From Verrucomicrobiia bacterium (GTDB lineage: Bacteria; Verrucomicrobiota; Verrucomicrobiia; Limisphaerales; Palsa-1400), in contig DASYNM010000253.1 in the NCBI GenBank assembly GCA_036008545.1, positions 1 to 50,697 of the forward strand: a DNA stretch of 50,697 nucleotides, in the 5' to 3' direction. Position 1 is the first letter of the stretch. Each line of letters opens with the position of its first letter. Shown piece after piece: positions 28,282 to 37,699 of this stretch. The position numbers and the translations under genes were made by a program. A model generated the notes under the pieces. That model saw only the letters and a list, made by a program, of their open reading frames with translations. It did no database searches and was not told where the DNA came from.

Positions 28282-30951
28282 ATGAAACGCAATAATTGTT
28301 ACAACCCCCTTCGTGTCGTTACCCCGACAATTTTTCTCGTTTTAATCTCCTTCTTTTGCGCCTGTCGCGCCATGGCTGCGGATACCAACCAACCGCCGCC
28401 CAAAAAGGCGCCCGCGGGTCCGCCTGCGCCGCCGTTGGAGGTGTCGGAGGGCATGCTGCTGACCATCCCAAAGGCCGCTCTGGGCAAGGACTACCAATTC
28501 ACCGCTTCGATCATTCCGCAGGAACTGGCCCCCACCAGCACCGGCTTGTCGGGAAAGATCGTCCGCTTCGAGTTGTTCCCGGACGGCGTGGATATGTATG
28601 AATCGACGCAAGGTTTGGTGGTGACGGAGGATTTGCCTGCGCGCCGTTTGCTGGCCACCTTTCCGATCGTTCGCCAGGACAACACAAGGGTTCTGGTGGA
28701 TTTCAACAAAGGCATGCGCCGCGTCTTTACCGAGGCTTGGACGAGCGAAGGCCGGTTGAATCTGGCCGACCACGATGAAGTGCTCGAAATTCCCGACAGC
28801 CGCGTTTTCGAGATGCGCCAGGACAAGGACCGATTGATCATCCGCCAGAGTGTGCAGGCGCGCAACCGCGAGTTCAACGCGAACCTAGAATCCCGCTACG
28901 AGGTGCGCTATTTCCTGACACCCTATAAACCCGCTGCTTTGGATGGCAAGGAGCTGGACGCGCCCGATTCCCGTTACCTCGGCTTCTTCGAAACCGACGG
29001 GCATATCGAGCCGGGCACGGGCCGCATTTCCGCCGACATCGCCCGCTTCGATGTGCGCCAGCCGGTGGTTTTCTATTATTCGGCCAACACGCCCAGCAAT
29101 TATGTGCAGGCTTTCACGGATGCGATCCTCTATTGGAACCTCGCGTTCGGCAAAGAAATTGTGCAGGTGAAAAAAGCGCCCGACGGTGTCACCGCGCCGG
29201 ATGCCGATTACAACGTCATCCAATGGGTGCCGTGGGACAATGCGGGTTTCGCCTATGCGGACGATTTGATGGACCCGCTCACTGGCCAATCCGAGCACGG
29301 CCAGGCTTACATTACCAGCGTGTTTGCGTTCGGGGGCCGCGCTTCGGCGCGTATTCTCCTGCGCAGTATGGAGGAAATGGCCGAGCCGAAAAAGGACGAC
29401 AAGAAAAAAGACCTGACCTTGCGTCGGGCGCTGCCGTTTTTCAGTTCCGGCCCCAGTTGCGCGATTGACCCGGTGGCCTTTGCGCAACAATTGGCAGGCG
29501 GCCTGAAGGAAGTTCTCGCCAGTGACGAATTGACCGATGCCGCCGTCCTGCGCGTGTCGCAGGATTACGTGCGGGAAGTTGTGTCGCACGAAGTGGGCCA
29601 CGTGCTGGGATTGCGTCACAATTTCGCCGGCAGCCTCGCGGGCTCGCTGACCCAGACGGAACTCGATGACTGGTTCCGGGCCTACATCGCCGGCAAGCCT
29701 TTGGACAGCTATACCAATAAAATTACTTCCGCTTCGGTCATGGATTACAACGTCCTCAAAGCCGGCGTGTTTATTGGCTGGCGTATGCGCACGGTCAAGG
29801 AAGCGCTGCCGTATGACCGGGCCGCCATCGGCTGGGGTTATTTTGACAGCCCGGAAGCGCGCACGAACAAAATGCTCTTTGGCACCGACGAGGACACCTT
29901 GCGCTACGGCGATGTCCGGCTGTTCGATTATGGCGACGAACCGGTGGTCAGCGCCTATACCCGGATCGCCGACACGATTGATCTGCTGCCCAACAATGTC
30001 ATCGAGACTTTCATTCGTGCCCGGGCCCCGCGAAATCCGCATGACCGGGTCCCGTTGGAACAGGTCAATTTGAGCTACACTTCCTATGCCGTGCAATTAG
30101 CCGGCGCATTCGGCGACATTCTTTCCTGGTTCAACGCCGACACCCGTTCCCTGCGCGTCGAGAATAAATTTGACTACATCGGCGATCTCAATCACAAAGA
30201 ACGTCTCAAGGCGCACTGGAATTATCTGACCAACCAGATCGACCAGCTAGGCGGCCTCGACCGCACGGCCTTCTCTTTCATGCCCTTGGATTTAAAACTG
30301 GAACTCAAAGACAAACCCACCAATGCCCCCACCGTCGAACGCCTGAACTCGAGCAACCTTACGGCCAAGCTCGAGAGGCTCATCACCAACGCCAACTACT
30401 CCACGTTCGTCGGCTTGGACGATAAAAAATATAGTTTCACCAAGGAGGAGCGGGACCTGATCGTCAAGCGCGGCCAGAAATGTTTCGAGGAATTGGAAAA
30501 GGAAGTCGTGCGCCGGGTCTGCCAACACCTGACCACCGCCACGCGCAACTTGGACTATGAAGCCAACGCCTACGTCAGCGAGGACGACGCCCTGGCCAAA
30601 CTGGACCAACGAATCATCGACCTGGCCAAGGTCGTCATCACCACCCAGGACGAAACCAACCGCATCGACGGCAAGGAGGACAAACAAACCATTTCCGTGC
30701 CTCAGTTCAAGTATGATCAAGCCACGCGCATCGACGCCGCCAAAATGCTCGGCCCGAATTCCGGCTCTTACAAAACATGGGCCGACGAAGCCAAGTCGGA
30801 CATCAACGCGGCGCTGAAGAAGGAAGTCGATGCGGCTCTCGGCGTGGAAGCGCGCAAGGATTTCAAGGCCTCGGAATTGTCCCGTCCGTTGCAAGAATGG
30901 TATCAGCAGCAGCAGGACATCCTGGCCATGCTCCCAGCTCTGCCGAAGTAG
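28282..30951 (+). CDS. Secreted zinc-dependent metalloprotease (HEXXH; DUF4953/DUF5117-type).
   Basis: The ATG at 28282 gives the signal peptide 'TPTIFLVLISFFCACRAMA'. The zincin motif 'VSHEVGHVLGLRHNFAGS' is present. The protein is about 890 aa. Confidence 0.85.
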   Translation: MKRNNCYNPLRVVTPTIFLVLISFFCACRAMAADTNQPPPKKAPAGPPAPPLEVSEGMLLTIPKAALGKDYQFTASIIPQELAPTSTGLSGKIVRFELFPDGVDMYESTQGLVVTEDLPARRLLATFPIVRQDNTRVLVDFNKGMRRVFTEAWTSEGRLNLADHDEVLEIPDSRVFEMRQDKDRLIIRQSVQARNREFNANLESRYEVRYFLTPYKPAALDGKELDAPDSRYLGFFETDGHIEPGTGRISADIARFDVRQPVVFYYSANTPSNYVQAFTDAILYWNLAFGKEIVQVKKAPDGVTAPDADYNVIQWVPWDNAGFAYADDLMDPLTGQSEHGQAYITSVFAFGGRASARILLRSMEEMAEPKKDDKKKDLTLRRALPFFSSGPSCAIDPVAFAQQLAGGLKEVLASDELTDAAVLRVSQDYVREVVSHEVGHVLGLRHNFAGSLAGSLTQTELDDWFRAYIAGKPLDSYTNKITSASVMDYNVLKAGVFIGWRMRTVKEALPYDRAAIGWGYFDSPEARTNKMLFGTDEDTLRYGDVRLFDYGDEPVVSAYTRIADTIDLLPNNVIETFIRARAPRNPHDRVPLEQVNLSYTSYAVQLAGAFGDILSWFNADTRSLRVENKFDYIGDLNHKERLKAHWNYLTNQIDQLGGLDRTAFSFMPLDLKLELKDKPTNAPTVERLNSSNLTAKLERLITNANYSTFVGLDDKKYSFTKEERDLIVKRGQKCFEELEKEVVRRVCQHLTTATRNLDYEANAYVSEDDALAKLDQRIIDLAKVVITTQDETNRIDGKEDKQTISVPQFKYDQATRIDAAKMLGPNSGSYKTWADEAKSDINAALKKEVDAALGVEARKDFKASELSRPLQEWYQQQQDILAMLPALPK

Positions 30952-30980
30952 CGGGGCGGGCAAGACGGGTGCCGTCTGAT

Positions 30981-31063
30981 TCCTAATCTTAATCGTAATC
31001 TTAATCCTAATCTCGTTCCAAAGACGGGGCAGATTAAGATTAAGATTAAGATTAGGATAAGGA
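30981..31063. repeat. Long AT-rich hairpin built from tandem hexamers, (TAATCT)n facing (AGATTA)n. It probably acts as a bidirectional terminator.
   Basis: The left arm is tcctaatcttaatcgtaatcttaatcctaatct (30981-31013) and the right arm is agattaagattaagattaagattaggataagga (31031-31063). By hand pairing, 29 of 33 positions form Watson-Crick pairs, plus one G-U pair and 3 mismatches. The loop is 17 nt. The element lies between convergent genes. Confidence 0.8.
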
Positions 31064-31089
31064 GCAACAGTAAGAGTATTGACAAATTC

Positions 31090-32856
31090 CTACCACGCCA
31101 ACGCCACCCCATTCACGCGCGGATCGGCGGCGCCGATGAAGCCTTGGCCATCGGGCGCAAGTCCGACAGCTTGGGCTGCGCCCAGGAATTTAACCTCGCG
31201 CACGATCTGGCCGCGTTGGGCTAGCGCAGCCACCACGGCTGGGTCCATCTTTCTTTCGATTTTTAATTCATCAGGCCTCCATTGATGGTGGAATTTCGGC
31301 TGGTCGATGGCCGTCTGTGCGTCCATCCCAAAATCCACCACGCCGACGATGTTCAACAGCGTCTGGCTGATGATGGTCGGACCGCCCGCCGCGCCAACGG
31401 CCAGGATGGGCCGATTGTCCTTGAGCACGATGGCCGGGCTCATGCTCGACAGCGGACGTTTGCCCGCTGCGATGGCGTTGGCCTCCGCGCCCACCAAGCC
31501 GAAATGATTGGCCTTGCCGGGTTGCGCGGAAAAATCGTCCATCTGATTGTTCATCAGCACGCCCGTGCCGGGAATGACCACCTTGGAGCCAAATTCCGTG
31601 TTGATCGTCGCCGTCATCGCCACCCAATTCCCCTCCGCGTCGGCGGTGGAGATGTGCGTGGTGTGCTTGGGAAATACGTCCCCGGCCGTGTCGGGCGGCG
31701 CGCCCGGCCCGGTCACGGCGGAAGCGTGCGTCAAATCGATTTTTGCGGCCAGCGCGCGGGCGTAATCCTTGCGGATCAGACCCCGCGGGACTTGCGCGAA
31801 ATCCGGGTCGCCCAGCCAATAGGCGCGATCGGCGAAGGCCAGCTTCATTGCTTCGACAATGAACTGATCGCGGTCCACGGCGGTGAAATGCGGATCGGCA
31901 AAGTCGCGCGTCTCGAGCATGTTCAGGATTTCCAGCACATGCACGCCACCCGAACTGGGCGGGGGAAACGAAACCACCGTGCAACCGCGATAGGTCGTCG
32001 AGATGGGTTCACGCAAAACGGCATGGTAACCCGCCAAATCGGAGGCGGTCATCAGTCCGCCGTTTTCCTTCATCCATTTCTCCGCTGCTTGTGCGAAGGG
32101 TCCGCCGTAGAACCAACCGATGCCGTTCTTGGCGATGGCGCGATAGGTGCGCGCAAGGTCCGGTTGCTGTAGAATTTCTCCTTGCGCGCGCGGCGAGCCA
32201 TCTGGCCGCAGAAAAACGGCGCGCGTTGTGGGGAATTTCGCCAACGCACCCGATTGATCGCGCAAATGGGCGGCGTAGCGAGCGTCAATGGGAAAACCCT
32301 GTTCGGCGATTTGCGCCGCGGCCAGAAGGTGTTCCTTGAGGGAACGTTTTCCCCAGGATTTTAACGCCAGGTCGCACGCGGATAATTCGCCGGGTGTGGC
32401 GCTGGCCAGCGCGCCCGTTTCACTCAAGCCGGGCACCACCGTGCCATCGCGCACATACATGTCGCGCGTGGCCGCCGCCGGCGCCGTCTCGCGGCCATCG
32501 ATGCAGATCAACTCGCCTTTCGCGCTACGAATCAGAATGAAGCACCCGCCGCCGATACCGGAATTGTAACTATTGACCACACCGAGCGTCAGCGCCGCCG
32601 CGACGGCTGCATCGACCGCGTTGCCGCCCTTCTTCATGGCATCGATCCCGGCCTGGCTGGCAATGCGATCAACCGTCGCCACTGCCCCATGCCGTCCGCT
32701 GGCCGATTGGGCGCGCACCGGGGCAACATAGAAAGCGAGGAAAACCGCCAGGAGAGCCGAGAGCTTGCGGAGGAAGACAATGTCTATTTTCGCCTCTGCG
32801 TCTCTGCGCGAGATCGATCCATCATTGAGTCCAAGGGTTGAAAGCGTGACGCCCAT
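31090..32856 (-). CDS. ggt: Gamma-glutamyltransferase.
   Basis: The motifs are 'GIGGGCFILI', 'DGRETAP', the autoprocessing site 'KHTTHISTAD' and 'GVLMNNQMDDFS'. The ATG is at 32856, while the track start at 32865 is a TTG. A signal/anchor 'LSALLAVFLAFYVAPVRA' is present. Confidence 0.93.
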   Translation of the reverse strand: MGVTLSTLGLNDGSISRRDAEAKIDIVFLRKLSALLAVFLAFYVAPVRAQSASGRHGAVATVDRIASQAGIDAMKKGGNAVDAAVAAALTLGVVNSYNSGIGGGCFILIRSAKGELICIDGRETAPAAATRDMYVRDGTVVPGLSETGALASATPGELSACDLALKSWGKRSLKEHLLAAAQIAEQGFPIDARYAAHLRDQSGALAKFPTTRAVFLRPDGSPRAQGEILQQPDLARTYRAIAKNGIGWFYGGPFAQAAEKWMKENGGLMTASDLAGYHAVLREPISTTYRGCTVVSFPPPSSGGVHVLEILNMLETRDFADPHFTAVDRDQFIVEAMKLAFADRAYWLGDPDFAQVPRGLIRKDYARALAAKIDLTHASAVTGPGAPPDTAGDVFPKHTTHISTADAEGNWVAMTATINTEFGSKVVIPGTGVLMNNQMDDFSAQPGKANHFGLVGAEANAIAAGKRPLSSMSPAIVLKDNRPILAVGAAGGPTIISQTLLNIVGVVDFGMDAQTAIDQPKFHHQWRPDELKIERKMDPAVVAALAQRGQIVREVKFLGAAQAVGLAPDGQGFIGAADPRVNGVALAW

Positions 32857-32861
32857 GGCAC

Positions 32862-33734
32862 TCAAATACCTTCAGCCATGTCCAGGACGGCCTCCTTCTG
32901 CTCGATTTTCTCGCCGTGCGCCAGTTTGAGCAGGTAATTGAACTCGGCGCCGTAGATGAAAATGACATTGCCCACGTAGAAAAACAGCAGCGTGCCGATT
33001 ACACTGCCGAGCGAGCCGTAAATCAGGCTGGCCGGGTTGATGCTCGAGAGATAAAACGAGAGCACACGCGCCGCTGCAATCCAAAGCAGCGTCACCAGCG
33101 CGGCGCCCCACACCACGGCATGAATGCTCTGCTTGAGATTGGGCAGGAAATAATAGGCGAAGGATATCGCTAGGAAAACCACGGTGATCGAGATGCAGAC
33201 GATCACGCCGCTCGCGAGGTGCACACCTGCTTTGCCGGCGGCTGGCACCACTTTTCCCTGAGCGATGGGTAGCACGACTAGCACAATCATCGCCATGACG
33301 ACGACAAAGGACAGAATGAGAATCTGAGCGATCGAAAGTAATCTCCGCCAAATATAGGATGGCGGTGTGCCGACGTGATAGGCCCGGTTGAGCACTGTGC
33401 GATACCCTTCCAAGGCGGAAGACGACGTCCAAATAGCGCCCAGGATCGATACGGTGAGCAACCCTTGCGGCGGGCGTGAAGTAATCTCGGTGATGCGCGG
33501 GGCCAGGCTCGTGACCATGTCGGGCGGGAGTTGAGCCAGCACCAGTCGGACGAACTCGGCGCCCGCCTGTCCTCCGGCCAAGAACCCGGCCAGCGCCACC
33601 ACGAAGACCAGAAACGGGAACAACGCCAGAAGCCCGACGAAAGCGAGATACCCGGCGTGTTCGACCCCATCATGATCGACGGTGTTGATCCCGGCTTTGT
33701 AGAAGGCAGCGAGGATCGTTTTGGACGATAACAT
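32862..33734 (-). CDS. YihY/BrkB-family inner-membrane protein.
   Basis: The 290-aa protein has 'HAGYLAFVGLLALFPFLVF' and six hydrophobic segments, which is the typical YihY layout. Confidence 0.82.
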   Translation of the reverse strand: MLSSKTILAAFYKAGINTVDHDGVEHAGYLAFVGLLALFPFLVFVVALAGFLAGGQAGAEFVRLVLAQLPPDMVTSLAPRITEITSRPPQGLLTVSILGAIWTSSSALEGYRTVLNRAYHVGTPPSYIWRRLLSIAQILILSFVVVMAMIVLVVLPIAQGKVVPAAGKAGVHLASGVIVCISITVVFLAISFAYYFLPNLKQSIHAVVWGAALVTLLWIAAARVLSFYLSSINPASLIYGSLGSVIGTLLFFYVGNVIFIYGAEFNYLLKLAHGEKIEQKEAVLDMAEGI

Positions 33735-33817
33735 AGCGCGTTATATGGGGACGAAGCGGCAAATGGTTCAAGCAAAAACGAGGCGCGGGAAGCCGCCTTT
33801 CGAAGGTGCTTAACGCG

Positions 33818-34762
33818 TTAATCAAACGGCAGCCAGCGGCGGCCGAAGATGCGCTGTAAATTGGCTTGACCCAGCAGCACGCCGGAGGCGATGAGCAACA
33901 TGGAAATCCAGAACCGGGTGGTGATCGGCTCTCCCAGGCAGATGTTGGCCCAGGCCATGTTGCTGAGCGGGATTAGATTGTTAAACAAATAGACTTGACT
34001 CGTCGGCCAGTGCCGCAAACCGTTGTTCCACAAGGCGAAAGCCACGACGCTGCCTCCGATTACGCAAAACGACTGCACCAGCACCAGGTCGGTGCGCAAC
34101 ACGAATGGCTGCGTGGCCAGTTCCACCACTGAGAACGGCGCGAGCAGCAGCGCGGCCCGCCAAAAGGTGTGCGCGGAAACTTCCATTCCTGTAAGCTCCG
34201 CACCCAGGGACCGGCATTGCCGGCCAAAATTGGTCCAGAGCACGCTGCAGGAGAGGCCCAGGATTTCTCCCAGCAAGCCGCCGCTGGTGCGGTGTCGGAG
34301 CATGGGCAGAAAAAGGAACATCACGCCGCTGAGGGCGAGCGCTGCCGCGCCGTAGCGCTGGAGGGATTTCCAGTTTTTTTCCGGCGGCCCCTCCCATAGC
34401 AGAGCCCAAACCGGAGCCGCGCCGAGGTAAAGCGCGACATGGGAAAGCTCAGTCAGCTTCAGCGCCCAATTGAAAACCACGATATAAACCGCCAGACTCA
34501 GCCCACTGCGGAGCCAGAGGAGCCTTTTCATTTCCGTGGTCAACGGCGTTCGACCGCCGAACCATTTCGTCCAACGAAATAGCGCCAGCATGAGTAGTCC
34601 GGCGGCCAGAAAGCGCGTGCTGCCGGTAGTGATGGGCGGCCAATACTTGACCAGGACCTTCACGCCCGTGTTGTTGGCGCCCCAAAGCATGACCGCCAGC
34701 ACCAGGCCAGCGGCGATGGCGCCGTGATCGGATTTCTTTTCCACGCGCCCAGACTGAAACAT
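33818..34762 (-). CDS. EamA/DMT-family transporter.
   Basis: The ATG at 34762 gives 'MFQSGRVEKKSDHGAIAAGLVLAVMLWGANNTGVK'. It shows about 10 TM segments as two EamA halves. The upstream extension to 34894 would overlap the divergent gene start. Confidence 0.8.
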   Translation of the reverse strand: MFQSGRVEKKSDHGAIAAGLVLAVMLWGANNTGVKVLVKYWPPITTGSTRFLAAGLLMLALFRWTKWFGGRTPLTTEMKRLLWLRSGLSLAVYIVVFNWALKLTELSHVALYLGAAPVWALLWEGPPEKNWKSLQRYGAAALALSGVMFLFLPMLRHRTSGGLLGEILGLSCSVLWTNFGRQCRSLGAELTGMEVSAHTFWRAALLLAPFSVVELATQPFVLRTDLVLVQSFCVIGGSVVAFALWNNGLRHWPTSQVYLFNNLIPLSNMAWANICLGEPITTRFWISMLLIASGVLLGQANLQRIFGRRWLPFD

Positions 34763-34881
34763 TAAATGGCCAGCGAGCGCAAACTTGTTTTCCCTCCAAT
34801 TTCCGAACGCGTCCACAACGACGAAAAGGACCAAAACGACTTGTCTCGAAGGCAAAACTCTGGTTTGAGTGGGCACGCTAC

Positions 34882-35718
34882 ATGAGTCATGCATCCACCG
34901 CGCCGCGCCGCCTGATTGTCAATGCGGATGATTATGGCCGCTCGGAATCCATAAACATGGCGGTCGTCCGCGCCCATCGCGAAGGGATTCTAACCAGCGC
35001 CAGTTTGATGGTCAATGAGCCGGCGGCGGACCAAGCGGTCCGGTTGGCGCGCGAGAATCCGAAGCTCGGCGTGGGTCTGCATCTTTCGCTGGTGTGTGGC
35101 GCGGCGGCTTTGCCTCGCGAGCGGATTCCCCATCTGGCCGACGCGCGCGGGCAGTTCTCTGAGAATGCAGCGGCCGCGGGCTGGCGCTATTTTTTCAAGG
35201 CCGCGTGCAAGGCGGAATTGCAGGCCGAGATCGAGGCACAGGTGGCGAAATTTCACGCCACCGGCTTGTCATTGGACCACCTCAACGGCCATCTCCATCT
35301 GCATTTGCATCCGATTGTTTTTGGAATTCTGATGGACAACGCCGAGCGCTGGGGGATTCGCGCGATGCGTTTGACAGACGACCGCTTTTTCCTGAATGCG
35401 CGACTCGCCCCTGGGCAATGGGCCTATCGCCTCAGCCACGCCGCGATCTATCGCCTGCTTTCGGCCCGGGCGCGGCGGGCGTTGGCACGGAAAAATATCC
35501 GGCACACGACGGCCGTCTTCGGGTTGTTGCAAAACGCGCGCGTGGACACGCCCTTCGTGGAGAAGTTGTTGCCACTGCTGCCGCCCGGTGATTCCGAGCT
35601 TTACTCCCATCCCTCGCTGGACGATTTTAAGAACGAATTGGATGCCCTCGTCAGCCCGACAGTCCGGTGCCTGCCGCAACAGCTTGGCATCCGCTTGATT
35701 CGTTACCAAGATCTTTGA
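34882..35718 (+). CDS. ChbG/HpnK (YdjC) family carbohydrate deacetylase.
   Basis: The motifs 'LIVNADDYGRSESINMAVVRAHREGILTSASLMVN', 'VGLHLSL' and 'LDHLNGHLHLHLHP' match the YdjC-like fold. Confidence 0.85.
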   Translation: MSHASTAPRRLIVNADDYGRSESINMAVVRAHREGILTSASLMVNEPAADQAVRLARENPKLGVGLHLSLVCGAAALPRERIPHLADARGQFSENAAAAGWRYFFKAACKAELQAEIEAQVAKFHATGLSLDHLNGHLHLHLHPIVFGILMDNAERWGIRAMRLTDDRFFLNARLAPGQWAYRLSHAAIYRLLSARARRALARKNIRHTTAVFGLLQNARVDTPFVEKLLPLLPPGDSELYSHPSLDDFKNELDALVSPTVRCLPQQLGIRLIRYQDL

Positions 35719-35722
35719 AGTT

Positions 35723-36154
35723 ATGGCCAAAATCATCATCATTGTCATTGTCGCCACCATGATTGAATCCGTCGGCGTTATCATCCTCACGCGGGGACTC
35801 AAGCAGGTCCAAGGCTGGCGCGAGCACAGCATCAGCGAAATCGTGCGCGTGGCCAAGAGCGGCGTCACCAATGTTAATGTCATTGGCGGCGTGGCACTGG
35901 AGGCGGTGTTCTTTGGCGCGCTGCTCTACATGTTGGCCACCAGTGAGGCGAGCTTCGTGTTTCCTTTGACCTCGCTTGTATTTATCTTCACGACTTTGGC
36001 GGCGCAGTTCGTCCTGAACGAGAAGGTTACGGTGGCAAGCTGGGCGGGAGTGTTGTTGATCACGATTGGCGCCACCCTGGTTGGATACGGCGAAGCATCT
36101 AAGGAACCGGAAGCGCCACCGCCGGCCAATTCAACGCCGCTCAGCCCCCAGTAG
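35723..36154 (+). CDS. Small 4-TM EamA-domain protein (ArnE/ArnF-like half transporter).
   Basis: The 143-aa protein has four hydrophobic helices forming a single EamA-type domain. It starts 4 nt after the deacetylase gene. Its 3' end overlaps the convergent phosphorylase gene by 24 nt. Confidence 0.7.
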   Translation: MAKIIIIVIVATMIESVGVIILTRGLKQVQGWREHSISEIVRVAKSGVTNVNVIGGVALEAVFFGALLYMLATSEASFVFPLTSLVFIFTTLAAQFVLNEKVTVASWAGVLLITIGATLVGYGEASKEPEAPPPANSTPLSPQ

Positions 36155-36826
36155 ATCTTCCAGCACCGCGCCCAGTTTGCGGGCGGCGTCAATGGTTTGA
36201 TGCTGGAACTGAATCAGTTTAGGAATGCGGCCGGGATGGCTGATCACGGCCCACATCAACTTGAGATAATTGATGCGATCATCCGAAGTCATTAGCGCGT
36301 TGAAATCCAGTGGCAAGTCCTGATGAGCGTCGTCGGAAATGACCCGCACCGTCGCACTGGGAATGTGCAACTCGCGGCAAATAGTGCGGATGACCGAGGA
36401 CTCCATCTCCACCGCGTCTGCGCCCGTTTCGCGCCACAGATCGCTCTTTTCCCCCGCAGTGATTGCCACGCGGCGATGGCAATGGAAACGGGCGGCGACG
36501 GCGCCCAGTTCCTCCAATTCGCGACTGAACCCGGCGTCGAAATCCTGCTCATAAACGACGGCGCCGCATGACAGGCGCGGGTTCAGGCCGCCGGCGAAAC
36601 CGGCCGTGATCACGCGTTCAGGTTGGACGCAGGCGATGGCGTCGCGGATGTTTTCGGCGGCATTGCGGCGCCCGATGCCTGTGAGCCAAACCTGCACGTT
36701 GCTGGCGTTCCATGACGAGAAAGGGAAAAACTTCATCTCCTCCTTGACAGCGAAGCAGATCAACAAATCGACCGGCGGTTTGGCCAGCCGGCCCACGGGC
36801 CCATATCCGTTGTTCGACAGCGGCAT
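36131..36826 (-). CDS. PNP_UDP_1-family nucleoside phosphorylase/nucleosidase (HpnG/MqnB-like).
   Basis: The motifs 'VWLTGIGRRNAA', 'VITAGFAGGLNPRLSCGAVV' and 'ADAVEMESSVI...VRVISD' are typical of MTA/SAH-nucleosidase-like folds. There is a roughly 50-aa C-terminal helical extension. Confidence 0.75.
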   Translation of the reverse strand: MPLSNNGYGPVGRLAKPPVDLLICFAVKEEMKFFPFSSWNASNVQVWLTGIGRRNAAENIRDAIACVQPERVITAGFAGGLNPRLSCGAVVYEQDFDAGFSRELEELGAVAARFHCHRRVAITAGEKSDLWRETGADAVEMESSVIRTICRELHIPSATVRVISDDAHQDLPLDFNALMTSDDRINYLKLMWAVISHPGRIPKLIQFQHQTIDAARKLGAVLEDLLGAERR

Positions 36827-36835
36827 ACTGTGTGT

Positions 36836-37567
36836 TCAAGTTATCCCAGCCAGGCGTTCTTTCCAAATCTTATATAGCTTCGCTGTGGCCTGCACGTCGC
36901 CCAAACAGTAAGTGGCGATGTCCCAGACGCGGCCCTCGGCCATCAAACGCCCGATGTCCATGCCAGTGATGCCCTCGCCTTTGGGCGACGGAATGCCGAA
37001 GGCCTTGCAGTAGAAATCCAGATTGAACCGGCGCGCCGCGCCGTCGCGGCCACTGACGTTGTAAAAAGTCAACTGCTCCAACAGATCGCAATGCGGTTCG
37101 ACTTGGAACCGGTATCCGAGCCAGTCCTTGCGCGTGATCCCAACATTCAGGAGCGCCGAGCGGAGATAGACAAACGGCACGTCGAAAGTGCGTCCATTGA
37201 AGGTGACGATGGATTCGTAGCGGACGGCCGTTTGCCAAAACTCGGTCAGCAACGCTGCTTCGTCGGCGCAGGCCACGAACTCAGCCGAGGCAGGCGCCTC
37301 GCGTCCATCCTTGCTCTTCTCCTGGTCTTTGCCGGCCAGGAACAGAACTTTGCTGCGAGAGCTGTCCACATTCGCCATCGCGATGCAGACGATCTGTCCG
37401 GTTAGGGGCCAGAGGCTGAAAAAGCGCTGGATTTCTGCGCGGCGCGCCTCGCGCTGGGTGGGGTCGGGCAGATTTTGCGCGTCGCGAAAAAGATACTCCT
37501 GTTGCGTCGCGTCAAATCCTTCCACCGGCAAGGCTGTGGTTTCAATGTCAAACACGAGCTTGGCCAT
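36836..37567 (-). CDS. RNase-H-fold 3'-5' exonuclease related to the PolB exonuclease domain.
   Basis: The motifs are 'LVFDIETTAL' (ExoI), 'IVTFNGRTFDVPFV' (ExoII) and 'YCLGDVQATAKLY' (ExoIII YxxxD). The gene ends 9 nt upstream of the phosphorylase gene. Confidence 0.75.
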   Translation of the reverse strand: MAKLVFDIETTALPVEGFDATQQEYLFRDAQNLPDPTQREARRAEIQRFFSLWPLTGQIVCIAMANVDSSRSKVLFLAGKDQEKSKDGREAPASAEFVACADEAALLTEFWQTAVRYESIVTFNGRTFDVPFVYLRSALLNVGITRKDWLGYRFQVEPHCDLLEQLTFYNVSGRDGAARRFNLDFYCKAFGIPSPKGEGITGMDIGRLMAEGRVWDIATYCLGDVQATAKLYKIWKERLAGIT

Positions 37568-37659
37568 TGACCTTTAGAGTAACCGGGGCCTGCGCCGATG
37601 GCCAGCACCAATCCTTTTGCACCTCCTGGAGGCCCTTTGAAAAAGGTTGAAAATTTCCG

Positions 37660-37699
37660 TTGACGCCTCTGCCAAAGTGTATTAGTGTGTGAGTACACA
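37660..37699 (+). promoter_or_regulatory. Candidate sigma-70 promoter plus GntR-type operator upstream of the GntR-ABC operon.
   Basis: TTGACG (37660-37665), a 17-nt spacer and TAGTGT (37683-37688). The inverted repeats GTGTA (37677-37681) / TACAC (37694-37698) and tgtgt-gagt-acaca (37686-37699) fit the GT...AC logic of GntR-family operators. The element lies very close to the ATG at 37700, so the leader would be near-absent. Confidence 0.3.

Noticed and set aside
30903-31112. A 69-aa ORF containing 'LLLLLILILILILI' and 'RLGLRLRLRLG'.
   Set aside because: It is a translation artefact of the hexamer-repeat hairpin, and it overlaps the ends of both flanking genes.
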